Source of the DNA: Catajapyx aquilonaris
Lineage: Eukaryota
Length of the DNA: 64,000 nt
Direction of reading: 5' to 3'
Assembly (NCBI GenBank): GCA_000934665.2
Contig: KZ537961.1
Span: forward strand, 124,001 to 188,000
Shown: positions 26,201-37,400 of the stretch, one piece after another
Layout: each line of letters begins with the position of its first letter
Position numbering within the stretch: the first letter of the stretch is position 1
Program-made: the position numbers and the translations under genes
The notes under the pieces: model-generated
What the model was told of the DNA's origin: nothing
The model's database searches: none
The model's input: only the letters and a program-made list of their open reading frames with translations

Positions 26201-28553
26201 TATAGTGATTTTAGAGTGATCTTATTGCATAGTGATTTTCATCATCGTCATATTTTAACCGTTTTATTTCAGTGTGAATTTATTGTACAGTGATTTTCGA
26301 GTGATTTTCATCTTGTAGAGTGATATTTTAGACCTTTTCATCTTAGAGTGATATTTGAGACCTTTTCATATTAGAGTGAATAAATTTATTGTATAGTGAT
26401 TTTCGAGTGATTTTCATCTTACAGTGATATTTTAGACCTTTATGTCTTAAAGTGATATTTTAGACCTTTTCATATTAGAGTGAATTTATTGTATAGTGAT
26501 TTTCGAGTGATTTTCATCTTACAGTGATATTTTAGAGTGATTTTATTTTAGAGAGATATTTGAGTGGACTCTCTTTGAAATTTTCACTTCAATGTTTTTC
26601 AAAGGTGTGTAACAAAATTGGTAACCACCTTCTTGAGCCTATAATAATCCTCAATTGCTCAAAATGAACCGTTCGCCTCATTTGAGCGAAATTTAACACT
26701 AAACGGGGAGGGGTGGTAGCAAAGGGGCGGAAAAAGTGGGGGGTGGAGGGAAGGAAGGAAGGAAGGAAGGAAGGAAGGAAGGAAGGAAGGAAGAGGAAAG
26801 GAGGATGCCCGCACTTCTTTTGCAAAGTCTGGAGAGGCACCTAACTCATCCCCCGAACTGAGGAATTTCCGGAACGCAGATTGAGTTGCAGCAAGAGAGC
26901 GACGGGGCAAAATACTTACACTGACTCCCAGGCTTTATACTACAACACCCCCCCCCCCTCTATCGCCTCTTATCTCCATCCAAATCTGACAGCATCTGAT
27001 CCATCCTCATTGTTGTCCCTCTTAAGAAAAGAGACCCGCCGAAAAGACCTATCATTAATTCCAAATTATTCTATTTACGACTCCAAGCCGGTTTATCCCG
27101 CAATTATGACAGTTTGCATGCAATTGCCAATGGGTGTTATTAGTCCCAAAAATTTCACACGCGTTACTACATTTGAATTTTTTAAAATTAAAAAAAAAAG
27201 TACTAAAGTGCCGGCATGGTTTATTTGCCAATAAATGGTAATCAGATTACGGCTTACGTCAACTCTCGTGCGTGAACTTTGCTCCGATGGTCTCGTATTT
27301 ACCGCAACATTACGTTCGAAGCGTTGAAGTTAATGCCATGCAAGAACGTAACGAAACGCCGGTTATGAAAGAAAACTGGCCTATCCTCGCCGACCCAACT
27401 GTCACAGGAGGTTAATTTTTACGAGCATCCACCTTTAATTAATTGCTAATAAAAGTACACATAAGGTTTTAGCACCAAAATTCCCCAAAGGTTGGGGCCA
27501 GTTTAATTAGTACCAGATTTTCGAGTTTTTTTTCCGTTTCTATTTTTTTTGTTAGAACCGCTCTTTATGCGGCGCAGCTTTCGTTTTCCATTAACTAATT
27601 CTCATTTTTTGGCGCTTCTGCCCCCTTTTTTTTACTGCCGTATCGCTTTTACTAGGGTTTTATGGTAATACGTGGTGTCAGCCTTATGATATTACTGCTG
27701 ACTCCTGCTCATAATGTCTGAAGCTTATTGGTCCACTACTATTCGATAGCGCAACATCGATGATAAATTCACTAGTAGCGAAATAAGCATATACGAGTCA
27801 ACTCCGCTTAACCGAGGCATGACTGGCCACCTCATATGAGGTAATGAAAAAAACTTTTATTTATAACAAACAATGAGACATACGTAGTAAGTAGTAAGTA
27901 TGTATTAAGATATTTTGAGTACTGTCTATTACTGCTCTAATATACTCTTGCTGATTTAATAGATCAGTAGTCCTGCAAAATATTTGCAACCTACACTTGT
28001 ACTGGTCATTGACATGTCTACAAGTACAAGTCCCAATTAGACAATATCCAGTAACCAGTGTAATAACACATTCTATTGCCGTCAATAGTTACAGGAACAA
28101 TCTTAATTGTCCAATGGCGTCTCGGAGGATATTAAACCCGGCATTTCGCAATGCCGTTTATCTCCAGACGTATTGTTTTTTCCTTTGGCATAATACGAAT
28201 GTTTACTTCCCTTATGTCATCCGATACATGCCGGCATGCCATACCGGACGCCACCACCATCGCGCGAATATCCCGAATACCTTACAATTGCAACAACAAA
28301 TTCCGAATGTGCCGGTTCCTGCCTGGTACCTCCCGAGATAACACCCGCATTGTCAGCGGTCCACGTGTCCCCCCGTGTCCGTCTCGACATATACCCCCCC
28401 TTATTTTAAATATTTTTTTAAAAAATGCGGACACTATCCCATACACCATGACCGTACCTTTTCTTCGTCGCTGCTAGGAGGTGCACTGGCACTCCGGTCG
28501 TATGCCAGGTACGGCGAAGAATAGGGCTGGTACATCACTTGAGCACAGCTCAT
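11204..28553 (-). CDS. vg: Vestigial (Vg/VGLL transcriptional cofactor of Scalloped/TEAD), 322 aa, 4 coding exons
   Basis: Exons 28553-28458, 23547-23214, 15436-14948, 11253-11204 (969 nt, GT-AG, intron phases 0/1/1). Contains the Vg-type N-terminus MSCAQVMYQPYSSPYL, the TDU motif AQYISANCVVFTHYSGDVSSVVDEHFSRAL, PLSQRNFPASFWNS, and the C-terminus KDLYWF*. Confidence 0.95.
14948..15436 (-). CDS. vg: vg coding exon 3 (APLSQRNFPASFWNS...AYGNMA)
   Basis: Acceptor tttcag and donor G|gtaatt; 489 nt, phase 1 at both ends; Pro/His/Ala-rich region. Confidence 0.93.
18175..18980. repeat. Degenerate minisatellite (~20-bp unit like TTTTCTGGTCCTAAATCAC) in vg intron 2, containing a 144-bp inverted repeat at 18785-18928
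   Basis: Dozens of variant units; the spurious ORFs here repeat GPKSL/SKSRFS. Confidence 0.9.
21167..21220. repeat. Perfect 54-bp palindrome with no spacer, followed by an imperfect hairpin at 21231-21275
   Basis: caatttacagtagttataaatatttta|taaaatatttataactactgtaaattg. Confidence 0.95.
23214..23547 (-). CDS. vg: vg coding exon 2, containing the TDU (Scalloped-binding) domain
   Basis: Acceptor tttcag|AAG and donor G|gtatgt; encodes CVVFTHYSGDVSSVVDEHFSRALS. Confidence 0.96.
26145..26565. repeat. AT-rich degenerate tandem repeat (AGAGTGATATTTT / TAGTGATTTT units) in vg intron 1
   Basis: Recurrent AGTGAT core, with longer duplicated blocks such as tttattgtatagtgattttcgagtgattttcatctt. Confidence 0.85.
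26749..26792 (+). repeat. (GGAA)n microsatellite
   Basis: About 11 tandem GGAA units. Confidence 0.95.
28458..28553 (-). CDS. vg: vg coding exon 1 (MSCAQVMYQPYSSPYLAYDRSASAPPSSDEEK)
   Basis: Start context aaatcATG; resembles the Drosophila Vg N-terminus (SCPEVMY..YYPYLY); donor AAG|gtacgg is phase 0 and matches exon 2; not in the ORF track. Confidence 0.9.
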
Positions 28554-29815
28554 GATTTGACGCCAATGTCAACAGCAATTCACTCACGATATTCACACCA
28601 CTCGTCCCCAGCCATCTGGGAGGTCAAAGGTCGTCCCGTTTTAAAGAGTCACAATCCACGCACTGGACCCGACCGTATACACACCCCCAACGTGTGTGTG
28701 TTTAGTTATCCGTATGGTGTGTGTGCTAGGAGAGCTTGGGACCTGATGAGATTTGGGCGGAGCCTGTTATCGACTCGCGCCGCCGCCCCGAGGCGCTGCC
28801 TCCGCCTCGACTTTCCCGAGACACACTGTTTGCCATGACAACCAGGGGTCTGACCAATGCGGTGGACGGCGCAGCACCCTGCCATCCGTTGCCCCGGACA
28901 ACAACATGAGGGGGGTGGATATGTAGGGGGGTCTAATCTGCCTTAATTCGGGACCGTTTGATTGGTGGGGAAGGTGAGGGTACAAAAGTACAGGGTGCAG
29001 ATATATTGTTGCTGGAAAAAGTGGGGGGGTGCACTTGGCAAAATTGAGGGTTGTACAGACTTTTAGAGGACTGTACTTCAACAGCTGTGGAAAGGTGCCA
29101 GTTTTACGTGCGTTTCGCTGTAATGATCCAGGTTGTTTAAAGAGGGGGGTTTTAAAGGGTATTGAGAGGGGCAACAATGCCAATGTCGAGGAGGAATAAA
29201 CGTAGACAATTCCTCGAATATGGGCAATATTGGTCCATTGTGTTTAACGTAAGCTACAATCGGGTAGGGATAATATTGGGGAAATGTACAAAATTTTGTG
29301 ACTTTCCTTAGGACCGCATTTTCTTTTTGAAAACTGATCAAAATTTTGGTCCATCAGAGCTCAATAGCTCAAATTATTTGTCAGCCGACTTTATACAAGT
29401 CAAATAATATTCCTGAACCTATTCGTTTTACTTTACATAATTATTTTTTTTGACTGGGAAACGTGTCGTTGTGATTACATGTATGCCCTCACATCAGATA
29501 GTGTAAAACGCTGGAAGCGGTGTTTTTTTAGGCTGGCCCAGTGTTCATATGTGATGAATTTAACGACTGAGGGTGAGAGTACATTGCCGGTAAATTCTCA
29601 CAAAGAGAGTTACAATATCACCACATCGTATCAAATTTATAAGGAGGCTGTAAGACGGAGTGTCCTGTATTATCAGAGTGCATCATCTCATGATGGGGTA
29701 TCATATATTCTGTATACAATAATGCTGTAACCTGAAAGGTATTACACAAGCACGTCAGCGAGTGTCACGAGCTTGAGGCTATAGATTGAGAATGCCATGG
29801 TGGCTATACAGTATA

Positions 29816-30198
29816 CAGGGTGTATATTATTGTAATTCGGGACATACCTCTAGGTCTCTAGGAAGTGTATAGGGACTACCTAGAAAAGCAATTTGAGATA
29901 TAGGACACCCATGATCAGAAACCCATCCCAACGGTGCTACAGAGCCTCCAAGGACCATTGATATCCCATTATTGTAACATCCCAGTATTGTTGTGATTTA
30001 CATTGTGCTCATTGTTTAGTTGTTATAAACAATTTCATTCAACAATTGAACAATTGTTACCGCAACAATGGCATTTTGAAGGCCCTGTAGCGCCGTTTGG
30101 GTTGTTTTCCGACCATATGGGTGTCCCACCTCAATTTGCTCCTCTGGGCACCCCCTGCACACCCTAGGAGTCTATTTCGAATTACAGGAAACACCCTG
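29816..30198. mobile_element. Tc1/mariner-type MITE, 383 bp
   Basis: TA-CAGGGTGT...ACACCCTG-TA, with long degenerate internal inverted arms (gggacaccc-like, acggtgctacag vs ctgtagcgccgt). Confidence 0.85.
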
Positions 30199-31034
30199 TA
30201 TAATATGAAGTTTCAAATAAGAAATAAAGTAGACTACTAGGTTAATATAAATAAGTCCGCGTCCACGTATATTCGCAATATGAAAGCTACATGATGATAC
30301 ACTGCGCGCATTACATATCCGGAAAATGACACTGTAATTACACAATATTCCTATAACTCAAATTCAACTGTTGTGATTCTGATCGTTCTACAAATCAACA
30401 GATTTATTTTATGGACGATTCGCAGCGTGATTTCGCCAAATCCTGCAAATTACAGCCAAATTTACACTGGTTCCTAAGAACCAAGTAACATGCGGCAGTA
30501 ACTCACATGGTCCACCCCCCAGTTCTTTGCCGCCCTTTATGTGTCACACATACGTCTCAACCAAACTCCGCCCACACACAGAGAGCGCATTATTCGTGTG
30601 TGGCATGGACACAACAATAATTAAACATAATGAGTGATACGGATCAATGGGGTCGACCATAATCTACCTACCGGGCGAAAAGGGTTAAAAACACGAAAGG
30701 AAGGCCTTTACTGGCTCATAAAAGGCGCGCGGTGCATTCTGGGGGACTTGGTCCCCTTTTATGTGTCCTTTGCATGAGCTCTGTGTTACACCGGAAAGGA
30801 ATTTCGGTGGGGTCCCCCCCACTCTCTCTAGCTGCCCTCTCTTTTTTGATGAATCGTCCCCCTGGCTGTTTTCCACCTTCATATTCAGAATCGGAATATA
30901 TGCTTTTGTAACTCAGAAGCCATCGTCATTACTCTAACCAACACAGTGAGGCTTCAAAACGTATAAAAACACTCACACATATGCCTAAAACCATTCCCTA
31001 CACAAAGATGCAAGGATATAAAATTATTCACAAT

Positions 31035-31215
31035 TCTGAATAATTTTATTCACATGCCTAAATAATATTACTCATTTGCCTAAATAATGTTATTCACCTG
31101 GCCAAACAGTTTTATTCACTCGACCAAATAAATTTCACATTCAACAATTTTATTCGCCCTACTAAATAATTCTGTGATATTTTATAAACAATGGATGACA
31201 TTTATTCACATGGCA
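31035..31215. repeat. Degenerate ~22-bp tandem repeat (TATTCAC..GCCTAAATAAT)
   Basis: About 7 diverged units sharing TATTCAC / CCTAAATAA. Confidence 0.6.
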
Positions 31216-32019
31216 GATATTTCATGCGACCAGGAGCCGGGTTTAGCCAAGATCCATGCGATTCCGGTCTGAACTATGTGTTTGTAGATATGACATATCT
31301 TGAGCGTGACCACATGCACTTAGGACGTCGGAGCAGGTGGAAAAGTGAGCGGATTTATGAAAATGTGGGGGCCTAAAAGACTGGGTTTGTTTTTGCCTTT
31401 GGCGCCAAGTGTGACGTGCGGTTGATATACGCGACTAACTTTATCAGGGAAGGAAAAAGAGGGGGGTTGAAATAATTACAAATATGATCCACAAAGATTT
31501 ATGCTAATCCTAGTTGTCATAATCTGCTCGGGTGTGAGTAAATGGGTTAAATCTCGCGCTTCATCATCCGGCCCTCTTGTGGTAGGTTGCTCAAAGTTGG
31601 GAGACGCGTGCCCACGTGCTTTCAACCATAATCCTCATCCAGACATCGTCATCATCATCTTCAGGAGGTCGTGGGGCGTGGTCAGCCCCATCCTTCCACC
31701 AAAAGGCCTTTGTTAAGGGGGAGAAAAGCCTCGCTTCTATCCAGGCCATGGAGTGTGGTCCGACCCCTAGGGTGATCCGCGAAACCCCGAAACTCAAAAC
31801 CCTAATTATCCTATTAACATGGGTCCCAGCCCACCACGCCCTTTTATGAACTACCACTTCCTTTGGAAGGCTCTTCGGTTTACCAGTGTCACCAACAGTC
31901 AATCTCACAATTAGGTCTATATTATTTTGAGTACAACTCAAAACCTTTGCACTTTTGAGTGATTAATATTTCTTTCAGTGCACTAAGTGTTGATATTTGA
32001 TAAAGCAACAGAATTTGCC

Positions 32020-32143
32020 CGTATTTTAGCAAATATTACAAACATTCCCCGTTAAAAACTACCCCTAATGATGACCCGCCCCAGGGTCATCAATAGGGGT
32101 ATAGTTTTTAACGAGGACTGTTTTTAGTATTTGGTAAAATACG
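32020..32143. mobile_element. Short foldback element (MITE-like hairpin)
   Basis: cgtattttagcaaata...cgttaaaaacta...gatgaccc pairs with gggtcatc...tagtttttaacg...tatttggtaaaatacg. Confidence 0.7.
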
Positions 32144-33384
32144 TCGAGGCCTCTGTATTGATTTGCATCGCGAACATAAGTTGTGAAATACGGATTAGAT
32201 ACTCACACTGGGTACAATTTCACGTAGCCTACAGAAATAATTGCGAATACAAAAAAATTCAACAATTACTTGAATAGTGCGACGTAATGGATTGCTTGTC
32301 GCAAAAACCAGGGCATAAATTATATCAATGTAATTGGCAGTTTCTTGTGCAAAAATGGTCTTGAATTGATTCGAGGATCGGATCTAAAAGAATTCTGGTC
32401 GTGATCACATTAGTGGGAGTACTCGTGACTCAATTGGACGGTTGACATAATTGAGGAATTTCGTCTGGAATTCAAAGCGTTCCAAGTCGAAGTAAAATCC
32501 GATTTACCTGCTGTCTAAAAGTGGAAGTTTCTTCCCCTTGCAAAAGGCCGCAATAAACGTCAATCCTCGTCAAGACCTAACTTTTCACTCTTGTTGCTTT
32601 TAAGTGGTTTTACTGCTGACTTTAAAACGATCGTGCGGCTCTCGTTAAAGGTCCATCACTAAACCGGCACTGTTGGTCACCCCCCGATCTTCGAACCGGT
32701 TTTTTTCAGATGACCTATCCCAAACTTATCCCTAATTTGTATATAAACATCCGATTCGACCCACTCATTAAGGACACTATTGGGTCCATTACGAGCTATA
32801 TAAAAAATATATATATTCGTCGGCACTTTTTTCGACCAAAACCTCCGATCGTCAGCTAATTGCCACAATAAATCAGACCATGTTAAACTGTTTCCAACCC
32901 GAAGATCTGTCGACGTGAAGGCACGTCCTAGCCGCCCTTTTCTGTTTTCACCTTTTTGTAGAAGGACATTTGTGGTCCTAAAAAATAGGGGTCTAGGTCG
33001 CTAACAAGACAGAACCAATTTCACACTAGCCAGAAAGCAACAATGCAATTTGGAGGTGCAATGCTGCGACTGCAATTCTTGGCCAGATTGCCATGACTAT
33101 CTGTAGATCTTCTAATGTTAGTAGCCCCTTTTTTCATATGCTCATAAGCAGGATCTTGTTGAGGTCTTTTTGATGAGGGTTGGGACCCGTTTTTGGGGGG
33201 TATCCCCCTTAGGGGGAACACATTTCCGTCCAGACGTCCTAATGAGCCAGACCCAGACCAGTATCCATTTCCGGGCTGCCCTCAACTGCCTTCCGTCCAC
33301 CATCATTCATGTTTCAATCTTCGCACAAGACAGACTTACCCTAAAGCTCATCCTCAAAACCGAAACCCAAACGGTGATGTAACA

Positions 33385-33458
33385 TTACATACGTATACAT
33401 ACCTATACATACCAATACATACATATACATCCGTATACGTACATATACATACGTATAC
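33385..33458 (+). repeat. Degenerate (TACA)n microsatellite
   Basis: tacatacgtatacatacctatacat... Confidence 0.8.
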
Positions 33459-34055
33459 CAAATATTTACATCAAAATTTTTAAGGGTCCACAAAAAAATT
33501 TTAAGTGGTCTTCCACACCGTGATGTAAATTGGACCATTGAAGTCAGAGGTACATCCATCCTTGTTCTCAGATTGTCACATCTTCTTGCCCCTGACATGT
33601 CTCAGGCCTGTCACCCCTTGGCGGTCACCTCGGCAGGGGGTCAACCCCGCCTTATTACCTCCAAACTTTTTTTATTATTATTTCTCCAGTTTGGACCCCC
33701 AACTCTATGGCAGGTTGCATGAGATGGATGGCTTCTAGACTCGGAATGGATGGCATGGCGGTCTCACCGGGCAGGGGGCGTTTTCTCACCGGCAGGTGGG
33801 CCTACAGGTAAGTAACCCCCCCTTACCTAAAATACACAAAAAAAGTACCCCCTGCCCGTATCCGCGTGGTATCCTCACTATCTTCATCACTGTCCAGATA
33901 GCTTCTTTTTATCTCTCACACACTCGTCGTACAACTTATGATTTCGTCTTTTGGACAAATTCTCGGCTACAGCCACTGTCGTATCATGGGAAAGGACAAA
34001 AGGACAATTAGGTCGTGCAGTTGGACAAAAATGAAGTCATGCCAGAAGCTACGTT

Positions 34056-34171
34056 GCGACTTTTTTGGGGTTTCACAGAAAGGCATGCCTTTCTGTGAAA
34101 CCCCAAAAAAGTCGCGAATGTGATCATTTCAACTTTCTGATGCATCAGAAAGTGGAAATGATCACATTCGC
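34056..34171. repeat. Two back-to-back palindromes (60 bp perfect; 58 bp with one mismatch)
   Basis: 34056-34115 gcgacttttttggggtttcacagaaaggca|tgcctttctgtgaaaccccaaaaaagtcgc; 34114-34171 gcgaatgtgatcatttcaactttctgatg|catcagaaagtggaaatgatcacattcgc. Confidence 0.95.
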
Positions 34172-34200
34172 ACCAACCGTGCGACACCAAAACAACTCTA

Positions 34201-34480
34201 TTATTTCCAACTCCAGTCCACCCAAAAATACACGGTGTGAAGATGTGTTTCCACGTGATGGAAGTTAAGTGACACTGTTTGGGTGTGACTCCAGCTGCTG
34301 GACAACTCCACACAACAAACGATCCTAACTTCGTCTACATTTCTGGCAACCTCCACCGCCATGGGCCCACGTCCTTCCATAAATCTTAGAGATTTGCTGG
34401 AAAATGAGTGAACGTCCGACAACCTCCAGACAGGACTTTGAATCCGGTCCCAATTATACTAAAACTGGAAACACATCTTT
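34201..34480 (+). pseudogene. Possible decayed FLYWCH zinc finger / MULE transposase fragment
   Basis: Translation VK*HC...GQLHTTNDPNFVYISGNLHRHGP resembles the W-x-C...C...H-x-H-x-P pattern, with a stop in place of W and a probable frameshift. Confidence 0.3.
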
Positions 34481-37400
34481 ACGCCTATAAGGGTGACATC
34501 AGTTGGCTACAAAAAAAAAGTGGTGACAATAGAGGCTGTCTGTTTTCTATTTTTCTAAGACTCTATATTTAGTTAAGGGAAATGAGATGGATAAATTAGC
34601 GGCTGGATACGGTGGCCAAGCAGGAACATAATACAGCACAGTTGCTGCTTCTGACGTGAGTTATATCGCGACTCGTTTTCGGCACCTTCACTGGAAGCGA
34701 CGCATGCAGCTCTAATTGCGCTTTTTCTGATGTGATGACTAGGTCTGTATGGTGTTCATAAACGGTGAGGAAATGTCTATTACGTGGGGTACAACCCTAA
34801 AAATAATTAGTGGTGGTATATGAGCATGTTTCTATCCATTGAATGCAAGTTCACCAGGTCGCCAACAGAAGCAACTATTAATGTCGGATTCGACCACCGG
34901 AGAAAAACTTAACTGAAACCGTCAAGAATCAAGAGGCAGAAAACAGAGTAATTCTTGTGTAATTCGCATAGTTGCCTCGTGCAACCTCGTTACAAAAATG
35001 CCAGCGCCACTTATAACAACTTTTTTTTTCCAGCACATCTCTGGGATGCCTTTAGTCCTCCAAACTACACGACGGTGCGCAATGCTAGGAATGCTAAGCG
35101 TGTGAGAAACAACCTTTCACTGTCTTCCCATTTGGCCATATCGAATAAGTATTATGGCGAAACCCACTCAGTTCGTACGCAACATGTTATGAAAGATTAT
35201 TAATAACAAAATATTTGTGACCAAACATATCACTCCATAGCATTCGTGTTATTACACACTTTGATGCATAAACAAGCTCGTAAAATGCAATTAATAGTTG
35301 TGTATATCTGAAAATAAAATTGTTCGCCATTCTGTATGAGTTCCTGCCATTCTGTATAGTGTATTCGCCATTCTGTATGATTTTATTCGCCTGTTAGTAA
35401 ATATTTTATGTACTTACATAAAATGTAATACCATGCACATAACAATGTGTTTTTCTTTCGTTTAAAATTTTTTCCCTTCTCTTTTCGCAAGCGGCAACAC
35501 TATTCTGGGTATGCTGCACTCTTGTGTGTATAAAAGTGGTTCCGATGCACGGAGTGCGATAATTTTCTTTTATGGGACGCTTCACCTCGCTAGTCAGACA
35601 GCCAAACGCGGCAACTCTCAATTTATTTGCTTGGATGATGTTCAAATTAGAGCGGAAAGGCACGTACGGCCAATATATTTCCTGGAGTGGGAAAACGCTG
35701 CTGCTTCCTCGCTCAGAAAACCCCCCCTTCGCTTTTCATATCTAGCTCTGGAAAATTTTGCAGGCCAAAAACGGACTGGTTATGAACGAAATCGGCCATT
35801 CAAATGTGTACGACGACCTCCGCATTATTACGACTTCATAAAATATATAATTAAGGGTTGTGGCTGGAATACTAATTTGGTAGGAAGGGTATAAAATTTT
35901 AATTGAATACCGGCAGTGTAAATTTAACACAAAATGTAAAAAATATTTTTTTGCAACAAAATGTTAATATATCACCTTCTACTTTTTTTTAACGAACATT
36001 TTCACTAACGTACCCTGCACACAGAGTTTTCAAACAGATTTGATGCGGGTTGGGTGGGCATGAAGCATCCCTCTTTTGCCGTCCGTCATTTCTGCCAACT
36101 CGGAACTACTCCAATAGTACACCCGGGCTGGTTTCCCCGGCTTATCACCGCCTATCTCACCATTCTATCTGCCTTCCCGGACTGCTAATGAACTCCTTGA
36201 GTTATTTACAACGTCTTCGCTATCTTTCAGTCCCTCCTCCTACAAGCAGCGGGTTTCATCGGTCGGGGTACCCCCTCTCCAGACGCCTACCTTACTTTAT
36301 TTGTTGTGAGGGAGACCTGGCCTAATCAAGTCGGCCCATCTCAAGATCCCTTTTTCGGAGGTCTCTTCGGAAGCTGGATGTGGTCACTAGGACCGTGTTG
36401 GAAATATTCAGGTGTGATAAGGCCTGGGGAATTATGAGTGAAAAGTATTAATTTCATTGCGGGAATTTCACACTCACTAAGGCAACGTTCTTATGTCAAA
36501 ATGAGGTGCAAACGTGATGAAGTAGAAAAAAAATTTAAAATTAATTTTTGATTTTTTAAAATTGCTTGTAGGCCTATCTACATTCGACTATTAAGGCAAT
36601 GTATGTTTATCTAAAATGCAATGTTTGCTAAAAATCAGCTGATTTGGCAATATAACCGTGCATCCCCTGTTTTTATAACAGTTATTTTTTTGTCAATTGA
36701 TTGTGCTCATAATTTAAGACAATAAATTAGCACCTCGTATTGAGGGAATGCTTCCTAACAATGAGGCTTTGCCTCAAACGTCAAAACACCCCCTCATCTT
36801 TTAGTCGGCACCCGAAAAAGAACCAAAAGCGTCATGTCGTAAATATTGGTACACAGCTTCCACCTTCATACCCAATAACCATTAATCCGTCCTGACATAC
36901 CGATACTATTAATGATTCCCCTCTCGCCCATGATTTACCCAACATCGGTACCCAAACAGACACAACCTAAATCTAATCCCTTAGTGCTGGAAAAATGTTT
37001 CCCCCCAAAAGGTACCGCCTAGGAAACAAAAGAGGGGGTACGGTAATGACACCAATGTTAATCGCGTCTCGTAGTCGCAATATGTCATTAAGAAAAGGAG
37101 CATCGTAACGTTTTTCCCTTGTCGTGTTCACCCATTAAGACAGTTTGGGCTGCCCGCTTGACCTGTCCTACAAAAAAAAAAGGACTAGAAACAGCAAAAA
37201 AAATTCTAGAAAAGGGGTTTTAGTGCGCCGCAAGCATTTCTTGTCAGTGTCACTCGGGAGGGCACTGCCAAGTCTTGTCTTTGGGGGTATGGCGGCATTC
37301 TTTTGTTCCTCTCGGTTCACATGGGGCTCACACCCATAAATCAGAGGGCGCCTGAGTCGCGACGTTAAGGGGGGTGGAGAAGGGGGAGGAAAATGGCCGC

